A stretch of 64,000 bases of DNA from Podarcis muralis (Eukaryota). This document shows positions 52,090 through 64,000 of this stretch, piece after piece. The stretch lies in assembly GCF_964188315.1 (NCBI RefSeq), contig NC_135663.1:35712001-35776000 (forward strand). The letters are read 5' to 3'. How positions within the stretch are numbered: position 1 is the stretch's first letter; every line of letters starts with the position of its first letter. Below the pieces are notes generated by a model. The model searched no databases. It was not told where the DNA came from and was given only the letters and a program-made list of their open reading frames with translations. Position numbers and translations under genes: made by a program.

Positions 52090-52809
52090 ACATCACACTT
52101 GAAAAGAGCCACGACAGAAACAAGAAGAAAATGAACCCCCGGCCTACCTGGCAGCAAGTCAGTATGTCAAATCCAAAGTCTAAAGTTTGAGAGTCAGTCC
52201 ACACAAGCAAAGTCCAAAGGTCAGGAAATGCAGTCCAGGATCACTCAAAGTAGCCAAGTCTGAAGTCCACCAGTCAGAATACAGTCCAGAGTCAAACCCA
52301 ATGGACAGTCCTTTAGAAGTCTAGGAACATAGATGCCAACATCCCTCAACATGGGCAGTTGAGCAGACACAACACCTCAGCTCTGCTTTCTTTCTGTACT
52401 CTGCATTCTGATTGCAGCATCTGGGCTTGACGAGGCATATGATCCTCACCTGCTCCAAGCCTACTCCAGCTGAGGAATCACACCCTTCCTCCCAGAGCCA
52501 ACGAGTCCCACCTGGCCAGCCAAGAAGCTGGCCTGTGGGCCCTTGCCTAATACAGCTCCACTCCCACTGTTCGCTATACCTCAGAGCCTGCTGTGTTTGG
52601 GTCCTGCTGCTCTGGTTTCTGTGCACTGACCTTCATCCCCTTCACCGTCCTCTATCACCCTCCTTCCCCACACCCTGCTTGACCCAGTCTGTCCCAGTCC
52701 CAGCAACTTCCCTCCCCAGGATCCTCTTCCTCCTCCCAGTCATCCTGCCAGTTCTTGGCAGATGGTTGGAAGGCGAGGAACCAAGGGGCCCCTGGGGGAT
52801 GTGAGAACA
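52090..52809 (-). mobile_element. Degraded Gypsy-like LTR
   Basis: Minus strand starts TGTTCTCACATCCCCCAGGGGCCCC, with a purine-rich GAGGAAGAGG U3 and repeated GACT(C/T)TG-like motifs at the 3' end, resembling squamate LTRs. Boundaries approximate; no TSD found. Confidence 0.45.
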
Positions 52810-54429
52810 GGCTAAGGAAAGAAGGGAATCATGAGAGGAGGCCAGAGAGAAAGCAGGTGACGGCTCTTTCCCTGCTTCTGTGAAGTCACAGAACGTTCCA
52901 GGGAAGAAGCCTGACACAGAACCCAGACCACAAAAGGAGCACTGTGAACTCTCTGTTTGCAGGATACTCTCATCTTGTGGTACTAAACATCAGTCGGCGC
53001 AGGATGTCAGGGCAGAACTCCAGGATCCCTCTCAGCGGAAAGAGCAGGTGGGTGGGGGTGTCCCTAAACACAGCAGGGCTGGCTTACCACATGTTGACAT
53101 AATTGAAGTAATGTGCAACATCTAAAGAGGGGTCTGCCTTAAGACCAGTGAGTGCAGACTAAATTTATCTAATTGCACCACAGACTAAATTTAAGGGGAC
53201 AGGGAGTAACTTGAAAGCAAGAAAGTGTAAACCACTAGCGAGATGTGCATTTGTAGAAAGATGAAGGGCTGAATTTAAAGAATACCCTTCTGCACATTTC
53301 TTTTGGCACGCTTCCAGAAGCAATTCTGCAATTACCACTTCTTCCCAATCAGTTGATGGGAGAACAGGAACAATTTCCTGAGCTCCCTAAAAATGCAGTG
53401 CAAGGCATGATAAGAACAGACCTTCCCAAACTTGACAGTTTTACCTGGCTGAGGAAATGCTCATTTTAGCTTTGAGGGTTAAGCAGAGGTGGCTTTCCTT
53501 CTTCTTCAGAGCCTATTAGACCCACCAGAAAAGGGTATTCAGGGTGGGGGTGGCCAAAGGGTATATACCCAGGGAGGGTCAGTCTAACAGTATAATATGT
53601 TTCCTACACTAGGCTACAGTTATGGTTACATCTATCATTATTTTTATAAATCGTAACACAGTAGTTCACAAAACATCAGGGTTGAAACAAGTGAACAAAG
53701 AAGCCTCAATTTTAGCAAAATTACAGAAGTCTATACCAAATCATTTAGTGAAAATCTCGGAAATGCACGATGGAGATGGAACATTTATGAAGACTAAAGC
53801 TACCTAATATTCTCATTATGAGCCTTTGTCAAGAAAAGTAAAACTGTTAACAGGTCCACAAGCACAACTTAGGGTTCCTTAGAAGATCTTAAGAGGCAAG
53901 TCAGTCATCCTTACCTCACAGGGTACATAAAGATTTGTCTATAGGTAGACTCTTTGCCACGAAATTTGATTGTTAACCTATATTAGCTATTGTGAGAATC
54001 AGGGGGTGGTATTTGTGGGGAAACATGAAAGCCAGTTGTGCAAGGAAGGGTGTAAGCAGGCTGTCCTAGCCTCCCACTTCCATTGCAGTATTTACGTAGG
54101 AGAACTAGGGCAGGATAAAACTAAAATTACAGTTCAAATGGAAGTTTCATGTCCTTGGTCTAAGGACAGGCAGATCAAAGGAAGAGAACAGAATGAATCC
54201 AAATTATGGTTCTAAAAGGAGAACCCAAAGGGGTACCAGCCTGAAACAAAAACTAAGTTGCAGTCACAATGCCTCCAGTACCAATCAATAGGGAGACAGT
54301 GGAAAATGAAGGAACTGATCACACTTTCACTGTCCGAAACACCCACCTCAGTATTTCAAAATTATAGACTGGTTGAGGAGGTCTTCTATGTATTTTGGAA
54401 AGTTGCCTGTTCTCTATGCATTTGGACAC

Positions 54430-54723
54430 TGTTACGTACTGAAGTTCTCACCCTGGGCCAGCAGGGGGATACTGTAGATAGTTATGCAAATGAAGGATCG
54501 AAGGTGACGTTCAGTGATTGGATAGTTTGTATGCAAATGAAGGATCGAAAGTGACGTTCAGTGATTGGATAGTTTTAGAAAGTTGTTACAGTAACAAGGT
54601 ACTGGAGCTCTATATAAGCAGGCTGACTGAGCCCTTCAGCTCAGCTCAGTTCTGGCCTCAGAATAAAGAAGAGCTGTTTGAAGAATCGCTGTGTTGTCTG
54701 ATATGTTCGCCCACAACTTAACA
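54430..54723 (+). mobile_element. Solo LTR (294 bp) of an LTR retrotransposon/ERV
   Basis: TGTTA...TAACA termini; perfect 5-bp TSD GACAC (54425-54429, 54724-54728); TATATAA at 54611; AATAAA at 54662; internal 47-bp tandem duplication. Confidence 0.9.
54484..54617 (+). promoter_or_regulatory. LTR U3 promoter: 2x (octamer ATGCAAAT - TGACGT - GATTGG) followed by a TATA box
   Basis: ATGCAAAT at 54484 and 54531, each followed by GTGACGTT and GATTGG (inverted CCAAT); TATATAA at 54611-54617. Confidence 0.7.
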
Positions 54724-55753
54724 GACACCTCTAAAAACACTGTAACCAAATTTTGCATGATGTTTCCTTAGATAAAGGAAGTTTCATCTGTGTTTGGATA
54801 TGATTAGACACCATTTTGAATCAAGATGGCAGACTGAACCTTTCAAAACTGAACTTTTTTGGGTTCTTAGAATCCCCAAGCAACACAGGGCATAAGGCTG
54901 CTAGTAAGCTATAAGGGTGCCTTAAAGGAGTAGTACTGCATTATTTTATAATAAGTTGAGTCCATGATCACTGATCTGTGTAAGCTGCTTCACACAACTA
55001 GCACAGCATGATGAGCATAACTCTGAGAACTACCATCGGAAGAATGGACCTTCCAGGCAAATGTTTGATAACAAAACATTACCCTCTAGCTGACTGAACT
55101 AGTAAGGATGAGTAATGGCAAAATGCTGTACTTGGACTGGGTGTGTGTGAAAGGGGTAGTTTCTACTCAGCCATTGTCTCTCTTGCTCAGATAAGTAAAC
55201 TGAAATGGGGATTACAACCATTTACCTCAAGACTGTCGTGAGGAGGAATGTTATAATTACTGTACAGCACTTTGTAGGCTAAAAAGTGCCTTTATAAGAT
55301 TACTGCTAATGAGTAACTAAAAGTATTGCTTTTAAGAAACATTTAAGAATCATAACTGAGGTTATGCACCTAGTACGAGTCTCTGAAATTTTCTTTTAAT
55401 CATCTATATTCAACCTGGTTCCCTCCCCACCCCTGCCAGTTATGTCTTAGCAGGGTCTCCATGCCCAGGTCTACCTACAACCATCTAGTGTTCATCAGAA
55501 CTATATTTTAAAAAACTGCTGTGAACCTTTGAGGGTGGGTGAATTGATAGTGCTGGCAGCTGGAATGTATTTTCCTATGTTGCCTTCCATATAACTGTAT
55601 CATCCAAACTTTTAGAAAGGGTCTAATAATTACACGTATACACAATGCATATATTTGTTAGTGTCTTATACCCACTTTTTTAAAAGCCATTTCTGCCCCT
55701 ATGAATAAAGATCTCTCTTAAGAACTATTTCTAAGCCACCTAAAGCTTGCGCG

Positions 55754-55766
55754 CTCTCTCTCTCTC

Positions 55767-55811
<45 letters not shown>
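55754..55811. repeat. Compound (CT)n/(AC)n microsatellite next to an assembly gap
   Basis: Direct reading. Confidence 0.95.
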
Positions 55812-55814
<3 letters not shown>

Positions 55815-55867
55815 TTCTTAAGAGAGGCTAGCTTTCTTCCACCTGATCCGACAAACACTGCTGGCAA

Positions 55868-56087
55868 NNNNNNNNNNNNNNNNNNNNNNNNNNNNNNNNN
55901 NNNNNNNNNNNNNNNNNNNNNNNNNNNNNNNNNNNNNNNNNNNNNNNNNNNNNNNNNNNNNNNNNNNNNNNNNNNNNNNNNNNNNNNNNNNNNNNNNNNN
56001 NNNNNNNNNNNNNNNNNNNNNNNNNNNNNNNNNNNNNNNNNNNNNNNNNNNNNNNNNNNNNNNNNNNNNNNNNNNNNNNNNNNNNNN
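55868..56087. other. Assembly gap (220 N)
   Basis: Run of N. Confidence 1.
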
Positions 56088-56342
56088 TTGTCAAAATTCT
56101 CGCCATATAATTCTCTTCAAAATTATTTTATTCCTCTCATACGGCTGCTTTACACACACACAACCCTAAAAGAAATACTCAGTGGGAGTGGTAAGGGATG
56201 GGGGAGGAGGAAGGAAAGGGAAAGTGGCAACTATAAATTGAAGCAGAATATTAGGGAACTGTCCCTTTACTGTGGTAAAGAACTGAGCTGAAACAGAAAG
56301 TGGTACTAGCCACCAGAAAGGATCAATCACGTTTTCACTCAC

Positions 56343-56426
56343 CTACGCCTGTTCACACATCATCCCTTTGTAATATTTCGATTTCAAAAGAAAAGGGATT
56401 CCTGGTGAACTTCCTGCCATTACAAA
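56343..56426 (-). other. Candidate 84-nt non-coding exon
   Basis: Consensus donor TAG|GTGAGT; weak acceptor; stops in all three frames. Confidence 0.25.
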
Positions 56427-57208
56427 CTGAGCAGCCACAACCCCAGAAGGCAAAGCAACATTGAGTAAACAGGCTGGTCTTTCCAAACACTCTGACAATT
56501 AGCAAAGGGGTCCAGAATCTGAGCGCCTGCGATTCTGCTATGAGCCATGAAATCTCATTTTGAAGAATTATTCATTTCTAAGGTGGCTCCTGTGTGTTGC
56601 AATAAAGCTCTTGAATGTGGAAGACCCAGATTCAGATCCCTACTCAGCCATGAAACTCATTGGGCAGCCTTAGGCCAGCCACTTGGCTGGTTCCAATGTT
56701 ACACCAAATCATGGCTGGATGCCATATAAGCTACAAGGACCCTCATCCTCACACTTTCCGCTCCTCACTGCATGCTCTGAAATTCCCTCTTCTTTCTTGG
56801 TTTGAGGAAAACCATAGTTTGTCATTTTATCCACGCCAACACACTATGGGTTATGCTCACCAGAATGCAAACCAGAATTAACCTGTATTTGCTTCTAATT
56901 TCCAGCTCTACAACTTTGTCTCCCCTAAAAAAAGCTCAACATTTTTGCCCTGCACCCCCCAAAAAAGGGCCTTTCCTCTTCCCTAAAGAAAGCTCAACAA
57001 CTTTGACCTGAACACCAAAAAACAGGGCTTTCCCAGAAAAACTCAACAACTTTGACCTGAACCCCAATCACTGCCAGTTTTTAACTCTGTGAGTAGATCG
57101 CAGTCTCTTGGGAGTTGGCCACCCCTGACCTATATTATTATTTGTCACAGGAATAAATCACAGTAAAAAGGCTAGGCATAGCTGTTCCCTCCCAATGGTG
57201 TTCTAGTT

Positions 57209-57344
57209 CAGTGTTCCCCAACCTTGGGCCTCCAGCTGTTTTTGGACTACAATTCCCATCATCCTTGACCACTGGTCTTGCTAGCGAGGGATGATGGGAG
57301 TTGTAGTCCAAAAACAGCCGGAGGCCCAAGGTTGGGGAACACTG
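57209..57344. mobile_element. Foldback (hairpin) hAT-type MITE, GGACTACAACTCCC family
   Basis: Arms of about 57 bp are almost perfectly inverted (CAGTGTTCCCCAACCTTGGGCCTCC...GGAGGCCCAAGGTTGGGGAACACTG). Confidence 0.9.
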
Positions 57345-58643
57345 TTGATTTACTTCCTCACATGTAGCTGAATAGCTACCATTCAGTCTTATGGAGAAAA
57401 GCACAGTTTTGGGCCTGGGGATACAATTGTGGTGTGAGCAAAGCCCACCTCCCACGCCGATCTAGAAGGCCCAGGCTCCCCTGGTGGACCCTCTGGGGAA
57501 AGATGCAAATGCATTTCTGTGCCTGGGATCCCTGCAATATATGGACCTTCTTATCTCCCTGTATCACCCCATAAATAAATTTCAGAAACTTCACTAGTTG
57601 GGGAACTGGACTGCATTGTGAGAAAATGTTTCTGTGGATAAGATGTTTGGACAGGGAGAAGGAACAGTTTACTGACATTTTACCTGGCAAACCCTCTCAA
57701 TAGTAATAATAATTTATTTATATGCTGCCCATATGTCTGGGTTGCCCCAGTCTCTCAAGCAACACCCATGTTTATAGAGAACAAAACAAAAACAATTGTG
57801 CATTTAGATACATTAGGCACCCGCACACAAGGTTCTCTTTCAATCCCAATTAATTGTTAAGTTGGGCTATGTTGTGATGTGTGACTCGTGCCCAATACCT
57901 TAATGCATCAGAAACAAAGGTCCACCTGAGGCCTCAATCAGCATAAGCGAGAAGCGATTGCTCTGCTGTTGACAGTATTACTTCCCCCTTCCCTCCTCCT
58001 GCGCCAAACAGCACAACATCATTTATCTGTCAAAATTCCCATGCCCAAATTCCTTCATCCACAGTGAGCTACGTGACTCGAATCCATAAAACCTCTCCTT
58101 TACATGCGATGTAAAAGGAGTGCAGGAATGAGAGAACATTTTCTCTGAAAAGATTTTACAGGTAGCGAAGTAACCTCAGGACGCAAAGGTCCTTATTTCT
58201 GCAGCGTGGTGTTTATTATATTGTAATCTATCATATAGGAAAGATTATATAATGACAACCATCACGCTGCCAAATTATTAGATTTGCAAATATTTGCAAT
58301 ATAACAACAAAAGCCTTCATTAGGGTTCAGCCCCATTGACTCAGTAATGCTGCAAGCATTCGCAAGGGAATAAGGGACAGACAACATAGCTAACTGAAAG
58401 TGGTGGGTAGGCAGACAAAATGAGCTAAATGAGAATTTGACAAGGACATCACATTCTGATGAACTATGGAAGAAGATTTATGGCAAGGACTTGCTCATGC
58501 AAAATGATATGCCAGGCTTGCAGATAATGTACCCGTGTGGCATGAGATGAACTGAACTGTGGCTCGGGAAACCATTCTAATGGAGGTTTGCATGATCAAG
58601 CTGTTAACCCACAGGGCTTACTTGGGTAAGAGACACCCTAGAT

Positions 58644-59088
58644 CAGGGCGGCCCAACACATAGTCCAAGGACCACATGTGGCCCTGAGGCCATTTTTGGT
58701 GGCCCTCAGCAACATTTGATTCCACTGCTGCCACCGCCACCCCACAGCCCTCATGCTGCCAAATAAGCAAGGTGCTGGGCTTTGGAAAGGAGGCGTGAGG
58801 GCTCTGGCAGGGTTGTAGAGGCCTCAAGGCTCCTTCCCAAATCCTAGTTAGCATTTTTCCAGCTTTGGGAAGACGATATGAGGGCTCTAGGACTATGCCA
58901 CAGCCTAGCACCTCCTTCCCAAAGCCCAGTGACTCACTTATTCAGCTTTGGGAAGACAGCATGACGGCTGCAGGAAGCATCACATTTTTGGCCTTGCTCC
59001 CCCTGCATGACATGGTAATGTGTGACCCACGGGTTCCATGTCGACGTACTATTGCAGCCCACTTGAGATGAAAAGTTGGACCGCCCTG
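58644..59088. mobile_element. hAT-like MITE (445 bp)
   Basis: TIRs CAGGGCGGCCCAAC / GTTGGACCGCCCTG (13/14 match); TSD degenerate. Confidence 0.75.
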
Positions 59089-59329
59089 CCTTGTGTAATC
59101 AGGAGCCCTTCTTACATAATACAGTTTGAGACAGAACATAAAACACTGCAAGCATACCATCTGAGTGTAGCCTGAGCTAATGAGGATAGATGTGCCTAGA
59201 ACCCTCTGATTCATTTTTTTAAAAAAGGACAGAGTTTAACATATCAGGTCTAAACACTCTTCCGTGCAAGTAAACTCAATGTGGGCCCATATATACATTT
59301 TTTAGTTGCTGGTACAGTTCTCCCCATCT

Positions 59330-59940
59330 CAGTTCTCCCCATTGTGAAGCCCCATTCCACGTGGTTATATCAGCATGCTTCTTCAATCCCAGAGGGGCAA
59401 GTTTTGCTAATAATGAATTCTAAATGACTATGAGATATGTGTCTTGCTGTTCTTGCCTCACCTGGTGTCATGAGTCTATGATCTTTAGAGGAAAAGATTG
59501 GGAATTCAGAGTGGGAGATGGAATTGCCCTCAGAGCAACTGAACCAGAGACTCTGATGCAAGGGCAGCCCATTGTGTCAGAGCCTCTCTGGCCTTTCTGG
59601 TTGTGTTGCCCTTCTCTGACCTTGAAGACTCCAGCACAGAAACCTTATAGAATCACAGTCTCTTTGGCTCCATTGGAGCCAGTCAATAACTGCTAACGTA
59701 GACTGGACCCCTTTAAATTAAGAGCTCCTCTCATAGAAAACAGAGCTAGCTACTGAGACAGAGCTACAGCTCCTATTCATGGTAGTTTGATGATGGCTGC
59801 TGCTGAAACAACATCCCAGGTCTGCTCTTCTGGGGTGAGATCTAGCGACGTTTCTGTGTCCTCTCATCCTTCAGAGTCTTGGAGGACTCCCTGCAGACTC
59901 TGGAGGCATGCAGGAAGATGGGGGGGGGGGGGTTAGCAGA
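59330..59940 (-). mobile_element. Degraded LTR-like element
   Basis: Composition and layout resemble the 52.1-52.8 kb element; TATAAG on the minus strand; stops in all frames. Confidence 0.3.
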
Positions 59941-60111
59941 AGGGAAACCAGAAGACTCAATGCACAAATTTATTTCCATTGTGTAAGAAGGCAAACATCA
60001 CTGGATGTCATTGGGGTCTCCAGCCTAAGCCCTACATGGAGCTGTCCAGGGTGACACTGAAACATTGTCTTCTTGTCTCCATACTGCTGAGGCCATTGCT
60101 CAAAACAAATA

Positions 60112-60300
60112 AAGTGGTACCCCTGGTTACATACTTAATTCATTCCAGAGGTCTGTTCTTAAAAATGGGGCCTCCCGCTGCCGCCGTGCCACCGCCACGC
60201 AATTTCTGTTCTCATCCTAGGTAAAGTTCTTAACCCGAGGTACTACTTCCGGGTTAGTGGAGTCTGTAACCGGAAGTGTTTGTAACCCGGAGTATCACTG
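60112..60300. mobile_element. Tigger-like MITE with internal deletion
   Basis: TA-flanked; (A)AGTGGTACC...GTATCACTG; shares GTTCTTAACC and GGGTTAGTGGAGTCTGTAACC blocks. Confidence 0.85.
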
Positions 60301-61729
60301 TACCTTGTTCCTCCTAAAATCTGAGATATCCAAAAACATGCTGAGCAAAGAATTGGGTTTGATGCTCCATGTAGCTTCTTGTTTCAACTCATGGCTAACA
60401 AAAGCATGATAAATTATGCAAAATCAAGGTATATATGTGCATGTTTTAATTTTGAGGTAACCCAAAAGCAATTTGGCTCCTCTCTCTGTCCCTTTCCCAT
60501 TATGTGTTGTGTTTTTTGTTTTAGATTGTAATCCTGAAGGCAGGGACTGCCTTGTTTAAAGTGATTGTATGTTGGTCACTCTGGGAGCTGTTATGGCTGA
60601 AGATAGGGGTGCAAATGCTCTAAATAAATAAATTTCAATGGACTGTAGTCCAATCCACACATTTAGAAAAACCAGGAGGCACAGTTTTCCAAAGAGTGTA
60701 GTTTTCAGAATGCAGAGGAAGGATTGAATATATTGCCATGTTAAAAAAACAGACCCCAGCTTCTGGTAAGTGGAATGCAGGTCAGAGGAGGCCAAACAAA
60801 AGTCTTCTCCAAAGTGCCACTTTCTTTGCACAGAGAAGTTTTGTGGTTTTGTGTGTGTTTATTAGGGAGGGTATTCAAACACGTAACACAAATTCATCAA
60901 GTCTTACAAGGGCTGTACAAGAGAGTTTTCCTGTGTAGCAGACCAGCTCTTAATTACAAGTATCGCAGATAAGCAACAGGTGAAGAAAGAAAGCAAAGCC
61001 CTATTCATAAACTAGTTAGCCAAAGAACAAAGGTAAATTCATCCATTGGGAAATACAGTATTTGTAATAATTTGATCTTCCAAAATGTTTTTAAAAGTAG
61101 AATGCTAGCCTCGTTAAGCTACTGCAAATTAAACATAATTTTCTTGTGTACATTGTGAATACCTATAAAAATAATAATCTGTGAAACACACCTTAGTTTT
61201 CATTATTCATCTTGTTTATAACACTGAAATTACAGGGATGGAAATGAAACAGTTCTAATTTAAGTTATTCACTTCAGGAGATGGGCTAGCCTGTCACCAA
61301 TAACTCACTAACAAAGCATGCAATATACTTGCTCTATTCAAATTAATTTGCATGTGATGAGGTGAGTAAGGGGGAGACATGAGATAGGGGTCTAGATTAT
61401 GCCTGGTGTGGAGAAAGGGGACAGGTGTCAGTTTCTCTCCATCTCTCTTAACACTTGAACTCAGGACCAGTGGTCAGGGATAATGGGAGTTGTAGTCCAA
61501 GAACAGCCGGAAACCCAAGTTTGAGAAACACTGTATTAAACAATTATCCTCACTGTAAATACTCCCTGTCCAACATATGAGAGTTATACCAACATATCTG
61601 AGCCAGTGTTAGAAATTAGTCGGGTGCCAGGTGCATTTTACTACTGGCGTGGGTCCAATTGCAACCATGTGGAGACCTCTGGGTGCTAGTTTGGCGACTG
61701 ACATTTCCATCTGGCTGGCCTGCCTTTTT

Positions 61730-61868
61730 CTCAGTTAATCCCCACAACAACTCTTGTGGGGTAGGTTAGGAGTGGCTCAAGGTCACCTAGTGAGCTTCAT
61801 GACTGAGTGGGGAATCGGACCTGGATCTCCCAGGTCCTAGTCCCATATCCTAACTGCTACATTGGCTT
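61730..61868 (-). mobile_element. MIR/CORE SINE, decayed
   Basis: CCCACAACAACTC...GGCTCAAGGTCACCTAGTGAGCTTCATGACTGAGTGGGGAATC. Similar relics at about 44450-44620, 47980-48045, 55150-55300 and 56590-56690. Confidence 0.65.
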
Positions 61869-62180
61869 CCTAGAGTACTTCTGCTCTTGGGCAGCTCTAT
61901 AAATTAAGGAAGTAAATAAATATGGGGAAAGCAAAATGTCACTTGGAGAAGGATCTGAAATATTTTCCTTGAAGTTTCAATTTGTTTTATCCTGGATTGC
62001 TTCATGTAATGTGTTAATGTGCTGTAAACCACTTTGAGATTTTTTCTTTATAATATAAAGCAATATAGAAAAGAAATGAATAAAAATAATAATAAGCCCC
62101 ACTGAAAAAAAAGGCACCTAGTCATTCCATTGTGGTGACCATAAGCCAGGTTTAAGGTGCCATTTGTCAATTAGCTTATA

Positions 62181-62409
62181 CAGTGGTACCTCTGTTTACG
62201 TACTTAATTTGTTCCGGAGGTCCGTTCTTAACCTGAAACTGTTCTTAACCTGAGGTACCACTTTAGCTAATGGGGCCTCCTGCTGCTGCTGCCGTGCCAC
62301 CACCGCACAATTTCTGTTCTCATTCTGAAGCAAAGTTCTTAACCCAATGCACTATTTCTGGGTTAGCGGAGTCGGTAACCTGAAGCGTATGTAACCAGAG
62401 GTACCACTG
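62181..62409. mobile_element. Tigger-like MITE
   Basis: TA-flanked; same TIRs and body as 50406-50631. Confidence 0.9.
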
Positions 62410-64000
62410 TACCGTATATTGCTCATTCCACATGCCTACATTTCGAATTGCTAGCTCATAATATTTCTCTGCAAGAACTGTATTAGAGCAAACAGCCAAA
62501 CAGATCAGATAGGCTTTACGTTTGGTTAGGGAAGGGCACATATGTTCATGATTCTGCACTCTCGTTTACTGTCTAAAGGTCAGCTGGAAAGGAACAACTG
62601 GAGAAGGAATTCTGGCAGCAGTAACACTAACTTCTGATGTCAGAACACAGAGCTGAGTCACATGGTAGAGGAAAGAGTAAATAAGGAAAACAAGGGTCAT
62701 TAGTTATAGCTGGCATTGTAAAAATAGCACTTCTGGAAGCCACTGCACAACCATCTCCAGAGTTAACTTGTCCACACATCTTTTAAGAATATGTAAAGAA
62801 AACACAAAAATCAACAACTAGAGTTGTGAGCAACCTAGGAAACAGCTGTGATGTGTTCTGCAGTGAGATAACTGTAAAGAACAATGCAGGCAAGCAGTAA
62901 GCCATTTGTTACTGCTGTGCCAATTAGGTGAAATTTCATGGGGAAAACAGAAAGCAACAGCAGAAGAATCCAAAAGTACTTCTTAAAAACAAACAAAATC
63001 TTTTATTAATGCATGATGCCTTGCTTTGGAATAAAAGGTGGTGTTTGGTTTGAATCCAGTTTCAATCCACAAAAAAGGAGTACACCATTACAATTTCATT
63101 TTTCTTTCGATGTGTACAATGTAAGTGATCACTGACCTACAGTAAATGGTGTTGTTGGGTTGTTGTTTTTAAGCTCTTTTGAGACAATATACATGGTGAT
63201 ACGATCAAACTGTCCTAACTGCACTACTGAAGCTGCAAAACGTACAGAACAGACAGAAAACCCAGTCTGTTTTAGCCTGCTCATATGGGACTTGGTGTCT
63301 TAGAAACAGTTATTTTTAAGACAGCAACATAGTATTTCATTTCAGGGAACTTAACCATTAAGGATCCACCAGAAACTTTTCTTATGAAAAGACACATAAA
63401 AAGAGGCATGGTGATATTTTTCCCCCTCTTCCTTTTTAAAGCAGTAAGGAGGAGACTTTGCCAATTGCAAAAGCAGAAGTGTGTGCCCTTTGGCTGCTGT
63501 TTACAGATAGTGTGTTCGCCTCCAAGCCTCAGATACTGTGACTCATAACTTTAAATCAAAATGCGGTCTCCCTGCAGAACAAGCAAGAAAACCCATACAC
63601 TGCCAGTACACTCTACAAAAAGAGCACTATGTTCTTCCTGAAGCGCTACTTGTGCCCTCCTATCAGCCAAGAATCAATTTGTTTCTAAGTAGTTCAGAAA
63701 AAGAGGCGAAAAGATTAACTGAACCATTTATTGGCTCTAACTGTAGGGTGAGATATCCTTACTCTAGAGTCCTTGAACATTTCCACTGACTTTTTGGCCC
63801 TTCATTTGAAGTGAAAATGGAATTTAGTACAATGAAGTATATCCGAATTATCATACAGTGAACTAGCTACATTCCAAAATACCATTTTTAAAAAATTCTG
63901 ATCAAAATTTCTACAACAAAGGGATTTTTTTTAGCACCAACTAAGAAACAAAATGTAGCAGCTCTGATATATAATTATTGCTTTAAAAAAACTGCAAATT

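Noticed and set aside
1-64000. CRISPR arrays, rRNA, operon-like or defence systems
   Set aside because: Eukaryotic repeat-rich DNA; no regularly spaced repeat-spacer array or rRNA-like sequence seen.

Overview
Vertebrate, very probably lacertid lizard, non-coding DNA: lacertid-type Sauria SINEs, CORE and tRNA-derived SINEs, hAT/Tigger/Harbinger-like MITEs, L2/CR1 remnants and two N gaps. I found no intact protein-coding gene; the long ORFs in the track look spurious or repeat-derived. The clearest gene-derived feature, which the ORF track misses, is an apparently full-length processed pseudogene of ERH on the minus strand (30898-31777). It has a 5'UTR, disrupted CDS, 3'UTR, poly(A) signal and tail, and a 16-bp target-site duplication (TSD). 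A 294-bp solo LTR (54430-54723) has a perfect 5-bp TSD and a duplicated octamer-CRE-CCAAT cassette before its TATA box. Several minus-strand splice-signal-bounded segments and a YY1-motif candidate first exon suggest the window is intronic to a large minus-strand gene with a multi-exon 5'UTR, which I could not identify. There are several nested transposon insertions with readable TSDs and a cluster of palindromes near 58.1-58.3 kb. I see no convincing new multi-gene system. Family names come from recall of consensus features, not from a database search.
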